A DNA stretch of 64,000 bases from Gemmatimonadota bacterium (GCA_013002885.1 JABDLS010000047.1:17351-81350); one strand, 5' to 3'; positions 20,409-30,644 are shown, counted from the stretch's first letter. The notes: generated by a model from the sequence alone, not told the origin. Numbers and translations are program-made.

Positions 20409-20870
20409 GTGATCCCACTGAACGATCCGCTGGACCGGGACCTCGTTCTGGAGATCCCGACGGACATTCAGTCCATCGAGGGGGCCGTGGATTACGTGAT
20501 GTCGCACTGCATGACGTGCGTGGAGCACGCCAGGCGGCTCAACCTCAACTTCCGCGTCGGCCTCACCGAGGCGCTGTCGAACGCCATGCTCTACGGCAAC
20601 GGCCGGGATCCGTCGAAGAACGTCGTCGTGGAGGTGTGCGTCTACGCGGGTTCGCTGCGGGCGAAGATCCGTGATCAGGGCATGGGCTTCGATCCCAGCT
20701 CCGTGCCCGACCCGACCCTACCCGAGAACCTGGCTCGACCATGTGGCCGCGGCCTCTTCCTCATGAGGGAGTTGCTCGACGAGGTGTGGTACAACGAGCG
20801 CGGGAATGAGGTGACGCTCGTGCTCCGGCTTGAGCCCGCGGGAACCCTCGAAGGCGGCGCCCAGGCTTGA
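20409..20870 (+). CDS. anti-sigma regulatory Ser/Thr kinase (RsbW/SpoIIAB-like, HATPase_c)
   Basis: N-box LTEALSNAMLYGN, G1 IRDQGMGFD, G2 GRGLFLMREL. GTG 20409 lies 5 nt after the STAS stop. Confidence 0.85.
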   Translation: MIPLNDPLDRDLVLEIPTDIQSIEGAVDYVMSHCMTCVEHARRLNLNFRVGLTEALSNAMLYGNGRDPSKNVVVEVCVYAGSLRAKIRDQGMGFDPSSVPDPTLPENLARPCGRGLFLMRELLDEVWYNERGNEVTLVLRLEPAGTLEGGAQA

Positions 20871-22450
20871 ACAGTCCGGACCGGCTGGCCCTGGGGGCTC
20901 TGCCGGAACCGGTGATTGACACCCTCGAAGACTTCGAGGAGGCGTTCGGGGCCGTCGTCCGCATCACGGTTCCGGCGACTGAACCCGGGGCGGCCGACGA
21001 GGTCCTCTACCAGACCGAGGGTGCCGAGCACGACCCGTCCCAGAGCGGGCCGGTGACCACGACCGTGGTGCCGCATCTGGGGCCCGAGCTTCTTCTTCAG
21101 GTCCTGGCTGCCGAGAAGGCGCCGCCCCGGTCGGTCTCCGAGGCCCTCACGCCTGCCATCACGCAGGGGTTCGCCGCCACGCGTGAGATCCAGTTTTTCA
21201 CGTACGAGCTGTCCGAGCGCTTCGAGGAGATCAACCTCCTCTATTCCATCAGCGAGACCCTCGGGTCGACGCTGGACATGGACAGTGGTGCGGCGACGAT
21301 CCTCGCCGAGGTCCGCGACGTCATGGGTGCGAAACGCGGATCCCTGTGGGTCTACGACTCCAGGCCGGGCGAACTCCAGCTTGCGGCCGAGGTGGGCGAC
21401 GACGGCCGGACCGACTCGCTTTCCCCGAATGACCCCGACACCATCACCTCCATGGTCTTCAGGGAAGGACGGGCGATCATCGCGTCGCGACAGTTGCCGG
21501 TGGCGGAGCGCGAGGCCGGGGAGACTGCCGACTCCTTCCTTTCGGTCCCGATCCGGTACTCACCCGCCGCAGGTGGATCCCGGACCGTCGGCGTCATCAA
21601 TCTCATCGGGCGTCAAGACGGAGGACGGTTCAGTGCGGCCAACCAGAAACTCCTCGCCGCCATCGCCTCCCAGATCGGCGCGGCCATCGAGAACCATCGG
21701 TTGGTGCAGGAAAGCCTCTCGAAGGAGCGAATGGCCCGGGAGATGGAGCTCGCCCACGACCTTCAGATGAAGCTCATCCCCGACGCCGAGAAGTTCGAGG
21801 CGGCAGACGCCGCTGGACGCGTGGAGCCCACGGAACTCGTGGGCGGCGACTTCTATCAACTCTTCGAACTACCGGGTGGCCGGATCGGGGTGATGCTGGG
21901 TGACGTCTCACTCCACGGCTTTCCCTCCGCGCTCATCATGACGCTGACCATGAGCGCCGCTGGAATCTACGCGCGAGAGGCAGAGTCCCCTGCGGCGGTG
22001 CTTCGGAAGTTGGACGACGCCTTGAGCGATGAGTTGGCGTCTACCGAGATGTTCCTCACGGTCTTCTACGGGGTCATCGACCCCGTAGCCGGCGTGCTGA
22101 CGTATGCCAATGCAGGACACCCCCATGCCTTCGCCGTAAGGAGCGACGGAAAGACCGAGCGCCTCACGGCCACCGATCCGCCCGTGGGCTTTGCCGGCCC
22201 CGATTCCTACGACGAGAGCGCCGTGGCGTGGAGCAGCGGTGACGACTTGCTTCTTCTGTTCACCGACGGACTTCCGGATACTCTGGCAACGCGCGGTCTC
22301 AAGAATGGTGAGACCCAGATACTCGAGGTCGCCATCCGGAGTCGGTTCCAATCTCCCTCTGAGATCATCGACGCGCTCTTCGAGCTCTCGTCGGACGACA
22401 GTTGGTCGTCATTGGCCGACGATCGGACGGCCCTCGTCGTCCGGGGCTGA
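20867..22450 (+). CDS. GAF-domain PP2C/SpoIIE-family protein phosphatase (RsbU-like)
   Basis: GAF-like region (ILAEVRDVMGAKRGSLWVYD...VGVINLIG). PP2C/SpoIIE motifs GGDFYQLF, MLGDVSLHG and LFTDGLPD. TTGA overlap with the kinase gene. Confidence 0.88.
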   Translation: MNSPDRLALGALPEPVIDTLEDFEEAFGAVVRITVPATEPGAADEVLYQTEGAEHDPSQSGPVTTTVVPHLGPELLLQVLAAEKAPPRSVSEALTPAITQGFAATREIQFFTYELSERFEEINLLYSISETLGSTLDMDSGAATILAEVRDVMGAKRGSLWVYDSRPGELQLAAEVGDDGRTDSLSPNDPDTITSMVFREGRAIIASRQLPVAEREAGETADSFLSVPIRYSPAAGGSRTVGVINLIGRQDGGRFSAANQKLLAAIASQIGAAIENHRLVQESLSKERMAREMELAHDLQMKLIPDAEKFEAADAAGRVEPTELVGGDFYQLFELPGGRIGVMLGDVSLHGFPSALIMTLTMSAAGIYAREAESPAAVLRKLDDALSDELASTEMFLTVFYGVIDPVAGVLTYANAGHPHAFAVRSDGKTERLTATDPPVGFAGPDSYDESAVAWSSGDDLLLLFTDGLPDTLATRGLKNGETQILEVAIRSRFQSPSEIIDALFELSSDDSWSSLADDRTALVVRG

Positions 22451-22455
22451 CCGAC

Positions 22456-23256
22456 GTGCGGCACCGGGCCAAGCGGTCCCTCGGCCAGAACTTCCTAGTC
22501 GACGCCAATCTCCAGCACAAGATCGTCGACGCCGTCGGGGCCGGTGCCGCCGACGAAGTCCTGGAAATCGGTCCCGGAAAGGGGGCGCTCACCCGGCACA
22601 TGGTCGACCGGGTGGGGAGGCTCGTTCTGGTGGAACTCGACGATCGACTCGCCGACCATCTCGCGGAGCGGTACGGCGAGCGTGAGAAGGTCGAGGTCGT
22701 CCACGGGGATGTCCTGAAGGTCGACCTGCAGGCCTATCTCCGCGACCCGGCGAAGACCCTCGTCGTGGGCAACATCCCCTACAACATCACCACGCCGATC
22801 ATCTTTCGCCTCCTCGAACGCCCTCGGCCCGCGTCCATCGTGCTCATGGTCCAGGACGAGGTCGCCGACCGGGTGGTGGCACCTGTGGGGTCGAAGGCGT
22901 ATGGCGCGCTCTCGGTAGGCGTTCGATCGGTTGCCTCGGTGGAGCGACTGTTCAAGGTGGGGCGGGGCGCATTCCGTCCGGTGCCCGGGGTGGATTCGGC
23001 CGTTATCCGGATCACGCCGTTCCGTCCCGAGCCCATCGACATCGAAGAGGAGGTCGCTCTCCGAACGCTTGTTCGCGCGGCCTTCCAGTGGAGAAGGAAG
23101 CAGCTCAGGAAGATCCTCCGGGATCATCCCGATCTCGGCATCGACCCGGAGGGTATCGAGAGGGCGCTCCAGTCCGCGGGCGCTCAACCAGCCGACCGTC
23201 CGGAGCGCGTCGACCCGGAAGGCTTCGTGGCCATGGCGCGGTCCCTCTTCGGATAG
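22456..23256 (+). CDS. rsmA: 16S rRNA (adenine1518/1519-N6)-dimethyltransferase
   Basis: SLGQNFLVD, LEIGPGKGALT, GNIPYNITTPI. GTG 22456 chosen just after the upstream stop. Confidence 0.93.
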   Translation: MRHRAKRSLGQNFLVDANLQHKIVDAVGAGAADEVLEIGPGKGALTRHMVDRVGRLVLVELDDRLADHLAERYGEREKVEVVHGDVLKVDLQAYLRDPAKTLVVGNIPYNITTPIIFRLLERPRPASIVLMVQDEVADRVVAPVGSKAYGALSVGVRSVASVERLFKVGRGAFRPVPGVDSAVIRITPFRPEPIDIEEEVALRTLVRAAFQWRRKQLRKILRDHPDLGIDPEGIERALQSAGAQPADRPERVDPEGFVAMARSLFG

Positions 23257-23381
23257 GAGGGCCACGATCGGGTGCCGCCAGGAGCTTGGCGCTTCAGCCG
23301 GGTGGCGTGGCGTCAGGTCGCTGCCCGATCCTCGATTCGACACCTTGCTCGCGTTGCCGGACCTGCCCCCCGCGCCTACAT

Positions 23382-23399
23382 TTGTGACGAAATTCACAA
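23382..23399 (+). promoter_or_regulatory. Rex operator-like inverted repeat TTGTGAC-GAAA-TTCACAA
   Basis: 18-bp palindrome matching the Rex box consensus TTGTGAA-N4-TTCACAA at 13 of 14 specified positions. Its end lies 42 nt upstream of the rex start codon. Confidence 0.7.
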
Positions 23400-23441
23400 A
23401 CCGGCTGAAAGCCGCTCCATTCCTGCCTTCTTAGCGCATCC

Positions 23442-24074
23442 GTGACCAGGAAGATCCCTCAAAGCACCGTTCGGAGACTGTCCCACTATCTCCGTTCTCT
23501 TGAAGGCTTCGAGGATGAGGGCGGCACCGTCTCCAGCGAAGAGTTGGCGGCTCGGGGGCAGACCACCGCGGCTCAGGTCCGAAAAGACCTTTCCCACTTC
23601 GGGTCCTTCGGGAAACGAGGCCTCGGGTATCGAGTCGACGAGCTGAGGTCCAGACTCCGTCATATTCTGGGTATCGATCGCCCGTGGCGCGTGGCTTTGG
23701 TGGGCGCGGGGCGCATCGGCCGCGCTCTCATCGAGTATCCGGACTTCCGGGCGCGGGGCTACGAGTGCGTCGCCATCTTCGACAGCGACCCGGACAAGGT
23801 CGGCAGGCGGCTGGGTGACCAGACGATCCGGGACGCCGCCACTCTGGAGGAAGCGATGGAGGACCTTCAGGTCGAGCTGGTGATCCTCGCGGTGCCCGCG
23901 GAGGCGGCCCACGATGTGGCCGCCCGTGCCGTCGACGTGGGGGTGAAGGGGATCCTCAATTTCGCGCCCATCAGGCTCAACGTGCCTCCGCGCATTCCCG
24001 TGCAGGATGTGAACCTGGTCATGGAATTGGAGGCCCTCTCCTTCGCCATCTCGCAGGCCGAGGAAGCCGGTTGA
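23442..24074 (+). CDS. rex: redox-sensing transcriptional repressor Rex
   Basis: IPQSTVRRLSHYLR...SSEELA...AAQVRKDLSHFGSFGKRGLGY winged helix. Rossmann VALVGAGRIGRAL. Confidence 0.93.
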   Translation: MTRKIPQSTVRRLSHYLRSLEGFEDEGGTVSSEELAARGQTTAAQVRKDLSHFGSFGKRGLGYRVDELRSRLRHILGIDRPWRVALVGAGRIGRALIEYPDFRARGYECVAIFDSDPDKVGRRLGDQTIRDAATLEEAMEDLQVELVILAVPAEAAHDVAARAVDVGVKGILNFAPIRLNVPPRIPVQDVNLVMELEALSFAISQAEEAG

Positions 24075-24928
24075 GCGACGCGTCCCTCGTCCGGTCGGCG
24101 GCGGACCTCCTGGCGGACGGACCTGTGCACACCCTGGACGTGGCTCGCGATGTCCTCGGGCTCACCGGGCATCCCGGGGCAGCTTCTGCGGCGGTCTTCC
24201 ATCTCCTGGGCACCGATCCGCGTTTCCAGGTCGACGGTGAGGGCGTTTGGTCCCTGGATCCGGACCGCGTGCCCTTGGGGGCACGCCTGGACTCGGTCCC
24301 CTTCGCGGTCGTGGACGTGGAGACGACCGGCGGGGCCCACTGGAGGGGTCACCGCGTCATCGACCTTTCTATCGTCGAGGTTCTCGGCGGACAGATCGTC
24401 GAAGAATACGAGACCCTCGTGCACCCGGGGCGGGCGGTGCCCCCGATGATCACGGCCCTCACGGGGATCACCACAGACATGATCAGCGGGGCGCCGTACT
24501 TCGAGCACGTCGCCGACGAAATCGCCGAACGGCTCCGAGGGCGCGTTTTCGTGGCCCACAATGCCACCTTCGATTGGGGCTTCGTCTCCGCCGAACTGAT
24601 TCGAGCCGGCGTCGAAGTTCCCGACGTACCGCGAGTGTGCACGGTGCGGATGTGCCGTCGTTTGGTTCCGCGACTCCGGCGCCGTAACCTCGACGTCGTG
24701 AGCCGCCATTTCGGAGTTTCCATCCACGCCCGTCACCGTGCACACGGCGACGCCCTCGCCACGGCGCGAGTCCTTCTCCGACTCCTGGACGAGGCTGCGG
24801 GGAGGGGGATCGACGATCTAGCCACCCTTCAGTGGTACCTGAAGCGGCGGCGCCAGCGGAAAGAGTTCGACCCGGAGCAGTACTCGTTGGAGTTGCCCGG
24901 CCATGAGCCACGACGACGGAGGCGATGA
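24071..24928 (+). CDS. DnaQ-like 3'-5' exonuclease with N-terminal HARE-HTH-like domain
   Basis: Exo I VVDVETTG, Exo II VAHNATFDWGF, Exo III HRAHGDAL. The N-terminal ~85 aa end in GTDPRFQVDGEGVWSL. TTGA overlap with the rex stop, so the start is uncertain. Confidence 0.85.
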   Translation: MSDASLVRSAADLLADGPVHTLDVARDVLGLTGHPGAASAAVFHLLGTDPRFQVDGEGVWSLDPDRVPLGARLDSVPFAVVDVETTGGAHWRGHRVIDLSIVEVLGGQIVEEYETLVHPGRAVPPMITALTGITTDMISGAPYFEHVADEIAERLRGRVFVAHNATFDWGFVSAELIRAGVEVPDVPRVCTVRMCRRLVPRLRRRNLDVVSRHFGVSIHARHRAHGDALATARVLLRLLDEAAGRGIDDLATLQWYLKRRRQRKEFDPEQYSLELPGHEPRRRRR

Positions 24929-25806
24929 GCACCATGCATGAAGGACTACCACTCAGCCGCTCCACCAACGTGGGCTCCGTCCGTATCCACGGGATCGAAG
25001 CCGGTGTTCAGCAACTCGACGGTGGGGCCATGTTCGGGGTGGTCCCCAAGCCTCTGTGGGAGCGACGGATTCCGGCTGATCCCAGGAATCGCATTCCCCT
25101 CGCCCTCCGTTGCCTTCTGGTCGAGGCTCCCAACGCCCTCGTCCTCATCGACACCGGGGTCGGGAACAAGTACGACGACAAGTTCGGGCACATCTACGGG
25201 ATCTCGAACCGCGGTGATCCGACCCGACTGGAGGACGGCATCCGCCACGCCGGCTTCGACCCCTCGGATGTCGACATCGTCCTGAGCACACACCTCCACT
25301 TCGACCACGCCGGCGGAAACACATGGGTGGACGGACAGGAACGGGTCCGGCCGGCGTTCCCCGACGCCCGCTACGTGGTGCAGAGGGGTGAGCTCGACTT
25401 CGCCCACAGCCAGAACGAACGCATTCGGGCCAGCTATCTCCTCGAGAACATCGATCCGGTGACCGACGCCGATCTCTGGGATCTGGTGGAAGGGGAGGCG
25501 CAGGTGACCGAGGGGGTACGCGTCGTGCCGACGCCGGGTCACACTCCTTACCATCAATCGGTCCTGGTAGAGAGCGACGGCGAGACAGCCTGCTACCTGG
25601 CCGACGTGTGTCCGACCTCCGCCCACCTGCCCCTACCGTGGATCATGGGCTACGACCTCGAGCCCTTGTTGACGCTCGAATCGAAACAACGCCTGTGGAC
25701 CCGGGCGTTGGCGGAGGACTGGCTTCTGGTCTTCGAGCACGATCCCCGGGTCCCCTGGGGCCGGCTGGATCCCGACGCCGATCGGCCGAAGCTTCGAGAG
25801 GAGTAG
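24925..25806 (+). CDS. MBL-fold metallo-hydrolase
   Basis: HxHxDH motif (HLHFDHAGG) and downstream TPGHTPYH. ATGA overlap with the upstream gene. Confidence 0.88.
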   Translation: MSTMHEGLPLSRSTNVGSVRIHGIEAGVQQLDGGAMFGVVPKPLWERRIPADPRNRIPLALRCLLVEAPNALVLIDTGVGNKYDDKFGHIYGISNRGDPTRLEDGIRHAGFDPSDVDIVLSTHLHFDHAGGNTWVDGQERVRPAFPDARYVVQRGELDFAHSQNERIRASYLLENIDPVTDADLWDLVEGEAQVTEGVRVVPTPGHTPYHQSVLVESDGETACYLADVCPTSAHLPLPWIMGYDLEPLLTLESKQRLWTRALAEDWLLVFEHDPRVPWGRLDPDADRPKLREE

Positions 25807-25897
25807 AGTGCGGGATGGGCAGGATCGGTCCAAAACCTCTTCGCTTCTGCTTATCTTGGTAGGCTGATCATCGAACCGAATCGAGGTGTTGCCATAC

Positions 25898-27112
25898 ATG
25901 AGCGATCCGTCCACAACTGCCGTCATCCTCAAGGGTGGTGCCCGTACCCCCATCGGACGATTCCTGGGAGGGCTCAGCCGCTTCTCGGCCCCTGAACTCG
26001 GCGCCATCGCCGTCCGCGCCGCGACCGACCGCTCGGGTATCGACGTCAACGATGTCGACGAGGTCATCATGGGCAACGTCGTCACCGCCGGCGCCGGCCA
26101 GGCCCCGGCCCGTCAGGCCGCGGTCAACGGTGGCATCCCGGCGACGGTGCCCGCCCTCACGGTGAACAAGGTCTGTGGATCGGGCCTCAAGGCCGTGATG
26201 CTGGCGGCTCAAGCCGTCCGCGCCGGCGATGCCCGTCTCATCGTCGCCGGGGGAATGGAGTCCATGTCGACGGTCCCCTACTACGTCCGCGGTATGCGTG
26301 GCGGGGTAAAGTTCGGCAACCAGACCATGGAAGACGGTCTCGTCCACGACGGGCTCTGGTGCTCCTTCGGAGCGTGCCACATGGGCGGCCACGCCGAATA
26401 CACGGCCGCCAAGGCCGAGGTGAGCCGCGAGGACGCGGACGCTTTCTCCCTGCGGTCGCACCAGAAGGCCGTTTCGGCCATCGAGGAGGGGCGCTTCCGT
26501 AACGAGATCGTGCCTGTGGAAGCGAAGAGCCGGCGGGGCGTCACCGTCGTAGACACCGACGAAAGCCCACGGGGCGACACGTCGCTGGAGGCGTTGGGGA
26601 AGCTTCGCCCGGCTTTCGTACGTGATGCTCCCGAAGACATCGAAGAGCATGTCGTCACCGCCGGTAACGCGCCTGGCCTCAACGATGGAGCGGCCTCGGT
26701 GGTCGTGGCGTCGCTGGAGTACGCTCAGGCCCACGGTCTGGAGATCGACGCCACCATCTCGGCGTACGCTTCGGGCGCCACCGAGCCGCAGGACCTCTTC
26801 TTCGCTCCTATCGAAGCCGTGCGGGGCGTGATGAAGAAGGAAGGGAAGTCCATCGGCGACTACGACCTGTTCGAAGTCAACGAGGCCTTCGCCGTCCAGG
26901 CCATCGCCGACATGCGCGCCCTCGACATGGACGAAGAGCGCGTCAACGTCAACGGTGGCGCCGTGGCGCTTGGACACCCCATTGGGGCGTCCGGCACACG
27001 GATTCTCGTGACGCTCCTCAACGCCATGGAGCACCGTGGTGCGAGCACCGGGCTGGCGACCCTCTGCCTCGGCGGTGGGAACGCCGTGGCCCTGTCCGTC
27101 GAGAAGGTCTGA
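25898..27112 (+). CDS. acetyl-CoA C-acetyltransferase (thiolase II)
   Basis: Active-site Cys context VNKVCGSGLKAV. NVNGGAVALGHPIGASG. C-terminal CLGGGNAVAL. ATG 25898 with GAGGTG upstream. Confidence 0.93.
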   Translation: MSDPSTTAVILKGGARTPIGRFLGGLSRFSAPELGAIAVRAATDRSGIDVNDVDEVIMGNVVTAGAGQAPARQAAVNGGIPATVPALTVNKVCGSGLKAVMLAAQAVRAGDARLIVAGGMESMSTVPYYVRGMRGGVKFGNQTMEDGLVHDGLWCSFGACHMGGHAEYTAAKAEVSREDADAFSLRSHQKAVSAIEEGRFRNEIVPVEAKSRRGVTVVDTDESPRGDTSLEALGKLRPAFVRDAPEDIEEHVVTAGNAPGLNDGAASVVVASLEYAQAHGLEIDATISAYASGATEPQDLFFAPIEAVRGVMKKEGKSIGDYDLFEVNEAFAVQAIADMRALDMDEERVNVNGGAVALGHPIGASGTRILVTLLNAMEHRGASTGLATLCLGGGNAVALSVEKV

Positions 27113-27133
27113 TTCTACTCAGGGAGAGATGAC

Positions 27134-27715
27134 ATGAGCACGTTCTCGGAGACCATACGCACCCTCGCCGTAGAGGAGGTCGTCGAAGACAGGCGGGTCC
27201 GGGCGGCCCTCGGTGTGGTGGCGTTCGCCGTGGCCACGGCCCTCAGCGCGCAGGTGGCGGTGTGGTTGCCATGGACGGCCGTCCCGGTCACGCTCCAGCC
27301 GCTCTTCGTGATCCTCGCCGGTGCCCTTCTTGGCCCGCGGTTGGGTGCGCTCTCCATGGGCGCGTACGTCGTCGCCGGTGCCATGGGCGCCCCCGTCTTC
27401 GCCAGCGGCGGAGCGGGCTTGCCGTGGCTGGTCGGACCCACGGGTGGTTACCTCCTGGCGGCGCCAGTGGCAGCCTTCGTCGCCGGTGTGATCGCGGGTC
27501 GCGAAGGGGACCTTCGCCTGCTGGCAGGCCTCGTCCTCGGCGTCGCAACCATGTACGTCGGCGGTGTCGCACAGCTCGCCGGGCTGACCGGTCAGGGGCT
27601 CGAAGCCGTCGTCGCCGCAGGGGTGGTGCCCTTCCTGGTGGGCGACGCGACCAAGATCGGGCTGGCCTTCTTCGTCGTTCGTTCGGCGAGGTGGGCTCGG
27701 TCGAAGCGCTCCTGA
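27134..27715 (+). CDS. bioY: biotin transporter BioY (S component)
   Basis: 193-aa multi-TM protein. VPVTLQPLFVILAGALLGPRLG...GAPVFA...GPTGGYLL is typical of BioY. Confidence 0.88.
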   Translation: MSTFSETIRTLAVEEVVEDRRVRAALGVVAFAVATALSAQVAVWLPWTAVPVTLQPLFVILAGALLGPRLGALSMGAYVVAGAMGAPVFASGGAGLPWLVGPTGGYLLAAPVAAFVAGVIAGREGDLRLLAGLVLGVATMYVGGVAQLAGLTGQGLEAVVAAGVVPFLVGDATKIGLAFFVVRSARWARSKRS

Positions 27716-27736
27716 ACGCTCACAGCGGCTAGGCCA

Positions 27737-28624
27737 TTGGGGGTTTTCACCGGGTCGGACGGTCGAGTGCGACTCGGCTGGAGGCTCCTGGCTTTCATCT
27801 TCATCGCCGCCGCACTGGGGATCGTCCTCGCGGCTTTCACCCCGGGAGGACTGACCGCGGGGGCCCTGGCTCTGCTGGTGGGATCGACGGTCGCCGGGTG
27901 GTGCATGCTGGCGCTGGACGGTCGCCAGCCGGCGGCTCTCGGCTTTCATCTGTCCCTACCGGCGGTTGGTGAGCTCGCCAAGGGAACGGCACTGGGAGTC
28001 GCCGTCGGCCTTGTGGTCGTCGGTGTCATGGCCGCACTCGGCGTCGTGAGTTGGACCGGGCAGGAAGGATCTGCCGTGGCGTGGGTACGTGGTGCAGCCG
28101 GGGCCCTCGGGTTCCTGCTGATCCCCGCCGCGGCCGAAGAGGCGCTGCTGAGGGGATACCCTTTGCAGGCAGTGGGTGAGGCATGGGGTGCCCTCGTCGC
28201 CGTGGTCGTCACCTCCGTGATCTTCGGGCTCCTCCACCTCGCCAACCCGGGCGTCGGCGTGCTCGCGATAGCGAACATCGCCGTGGCGGGGCTCCTGCTC
28301 GGGGTGATCTACGTGCGCACTCTGAGCCTATGGTGGGCGACCGGTGCGCACCTGGGCTGGAACTGGGCGCACGGGTATCTGGTGGACGTCCCGGTGAGTG
28401 GGCTGGAGGTGATCGACGCTCCGCTCTACGAAGGGGTGACGTCGGGCCCGCCGTGGCTGGGCGGAGGGGGCTTCGGCCCCGAGGGCAGCCTGGTGAGCAC
28501 CGTGGTCGTGCTCGGGGCGACGGCCGCGCTCTGGTGGGGGCCGTGGCTGAAACCAGGGGAGGAGGCTCTGAAGTCGGAGCCCTTGATGATGGACGACATA
28601 CACACGAAGGCAGTGGAGGCATAG
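27737..28624 (+). CDS. CPBP-family intramembrane glutamic endopeptidase (CAAX protease-like)
   Basis: Multi-TM protein with motifs EEALLRGY and FGLLHL and a later HLGWNW. TTG start is uncertain. Confidence 0.8.
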   Translation: MGVFTGSDGRVRLGWRLLAFIFIAAALGIVLAAFTPGGLTAGALALLVGSTVAGWCMLALDGRQPAALGFHLSLPAVGELAKGTALGVAVGLVVVGVMAALGVVSWTGQEGSAVAWVRGAAGALGFLLIPAAAEEALLRGYPLQAVGEAWGALVAVVVTSVIFGLLHLANPGVGVLAIANIAVAGLLLGVIYVRTLSLWWATGAHLGWNWAHGYLVDVPVSGLEVIDAPLYEGVTSGPPWLGGGGFGPEGSLVSTVVVLGATAALWWGPWLKPGEEALKSEPLMMDDIHTKAVEA

Positions 28625-28629
28625 ATCGA

Positions 28630-29487
28630 ATGAGCATCGACCGCATCGCCGTGGTGGGTGGGGGCACGATGGGCAACGGCATCGCCCACGTGGCTGCGCA
28701 GCACGGCAAGAGCGTCCGCCTGGTAGACCTGTCCGACGACGTCCTCGACAAGGCGATGGCGACCATCGCCAAGAACCTGGATCGACAGGTGAAGAAGGAG
28801 ATCCTAGACGAGCAGGCTAGAGACGCGACCCTCGCCCGCATCGAAACGATGAACGGGCTCGAGGAAGGCGCCGACGGAGTGGATCTGGTGGTGGAGGCGG
28901 TGCCGGAGAAGGCCGAGCTCAAGTACGCGATCTTCCAGACCATCGACGCGGCTGCCGGACCGGACACGATTCTGGCGTCCAACACTTCGTCCATCTCCAT
29001 CACCGAGATCGCCGCCCGAACGTCGCGACCCGACAAAGTGATCGGGATGCACTTCATGAACCCAGTTCCGGTGATGAAGCTGGTGGAGGTCATCAGGGGA
29101 CTCGCCACGAGCGACGAGACGACGAAGACCGTCTCTTCGCTCGCCGAGGAGCTGGGCAAGACGCCAGTGGAGGTCAACGACTTCCCCGGCTTCGTGTCGA
29201 ACCGGGTCCTCATGCCCATGATCAACGAGGCCGTGTTCGCCCTCATGGAGGGCGTGGCCGAGGTGGAGGCCATCGACACCGTCATGAAGCTCGGGATGAA
29301 CCACCCCATGGGTCCCCTGGGACTCGCCGACCTCATCGGCCTCGACACGTGCCTCAACATCCTCGAGGTGCTGCACCGCGAACTTGGCGACGACCGCTAC
29401 CGACCGAGCCCACTCCTGCGCAAATACGTTGCCGCCGGATGGCTGGGACGGAAGTCCGGACGTGGCTTCTACCGGTACGAAGCATGA
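28630..29487 (+). CDS. hbd: 3-hydroxyacyl/3-hydroxybutyryl-CoA dehydrogenase
   Basis: NAD fold [43 protein letters not shown] 28630 chosen because the track start 28183 overlaps the CPBP gene. Confidence 0.93.
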   Translation: MSIDRIAVVGGGTMGNGIAHVAAQHGKSVRLVDLSDDVLDKAMATIAKNLDRQVKKEILDEQARDATLARIETMNGLEEGADGVDLVVEAVPEKAELKYAIFQTIDAAAGPDTILASNTSSISITEIAARTSRPDKVIGMHFMNPVPVMKLVEVIRGLATSDETTKTVSSLAEELGKTPVEVNDFPGFVSNRVLMPMINEAVFALMEGVAEVEAIDTVMKLGMNHPMGPLGLADLIGLDTCLNILEVLHRELGDDRYRPSPLLRKYVAAGWLGRKSGRGFYRYEA

Positions 29488-30644
29488 TGACCGAAGAGCA
29501 GCGCGAAGTGCAGGCCCTCGCCCGCGACTTCGCCGTGGCCGAACTGCGGCCGAAGACGGCGGAATGGGACGAACGTCGTGAGTTGGACGACGACGTCTTC
29601 GACAAGCTCGCCGAGTCGGGCTTCCTGGGAATGCTCGTGCCCGAAGAACACGGCGGATTGGGCTTCGACCTCCTTACCTACCTCCTCGTCCTCGAGGAGA
29701 TCGCCTGGGGTGACGCGGCGGTTGCTCTGTCCGTCGCCATCCACAGCGGTCCGGTGGCGGGCCTCATCGCCCGGTATGGGAGCGACGCACAGAAGGAACT
29801 GTGGTTGCCGAAGCTGGCGTCGGGGGAGACCCTCGGCGCCTTCGCCCTTTCCGAGCCTGACGCCGGATCCGACGCGTCGTCCATCACATCGACGGCGACC
29901 AGAGACGGCGACGGCTGGACGCTCGAGGGTGAGAAGCGATGGGTCACGAACGGGGCTCGGGCCGGGGTGGTGGCTCTGTTCGCGCGGACGGGTGACGACG
30001 CCATCGGGCTCTTCCTCGTCGAGCCGTCTGCCGACGGGTATGAGGTGGGCGAGAGAGAGACCACCCTGGGCATGCGGGCATCCGAGACCGTATCCGTCCA
30101 TTTGAATGACGTCCGCGTCGGAGACCACGCCCTGGTCGGCGAACCCGGCGCAGGGCTCCGCTATGCGCTGGATGCCTTGGACCTGGGGCGCATCGGGGTT
30201 GCGGCCCAGGCCACGGGCGTCGGGCGCGCCGCTCTGGAGCACGCTACCCGCTACGCCCTGGAGCGTCAGCAGTTCGGGACGCCCATCGCCCGTTTCGGTG
30301 CTCTTCAGGCCAAGTTGGCGGATGGTGCCCAGCGTCTGGCGGGTGGTCGCTGTCTGGCCCATGAGGCTGCTGCGGCATGGGAGGCGTCGCGCAGCGGGAC
30401 GCCACGAACGGGTCTGAACGGGGTGACGGCACGCGCGGCGATGGCCAAGCTCGCCGCTTCGGAGGCAGCCAGCTTCACCGCGGACGAGGCGATCCAGATC
30501 CATGGGGGCTACGGCTACATGAGGCACTACCCGGTGGAAAAGCTACTCCGCGACGCTAAGGGCGCCGAGATTTACGAAGGAACCAACGAGATCATGCGAC
30601 GAGTCATTGCCGGCGAAATCCTTCGGGACGCCGGCGATCGCTAA
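29484..30644 (+). CDS. acyl-CoA dehydrogenase
   Basis: ACAD-typical [26 protein letters not shown] and YEGTNEI. ATGA overlap with the hbd stop. Confidence 0.93.
   Translation: MMTEEQREVQALARDFAVAELRPKTAEWDERRELDDDVFDKLAESGFLGMLVPEEHGGLGFDLLTYLLVLEEIAWGDAAVALSVAIHSGPVAGLIARYGSDAQKELWLPKLASGETLGAFALSEPDAGSDASSITSTATRDGDGWTLEGEKRWVTNGARAGVVALFARTGDDAIGLFLVEPSADGYEVGERETTLGMRASETVSVHLNDVRVGDHALVGEPGAGLRYALDALDLGRIGVAAQATGVGRAALEHATRYALERQQFGTPIARFGALQAKLADGAQRLAGGRCLAHEAAAAWEASRSGTPRTGLNGVTARAAMAKLAASEAASFTADEAIQIHGGYGYMRHYPVEKLLRDAKGAEIYEGTNEIMRRVIAGEILRDAGDR

Noticed and set aside
27113-27133. Riboswitch or operator leaders for bioY (biotin/BirA), thiL (TPP, 35431-35472) and glyA.
   Set aside because: The gaps are only 1-42 nt, too short for the known aptamers. 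No BirA-box-like palindrome is present.
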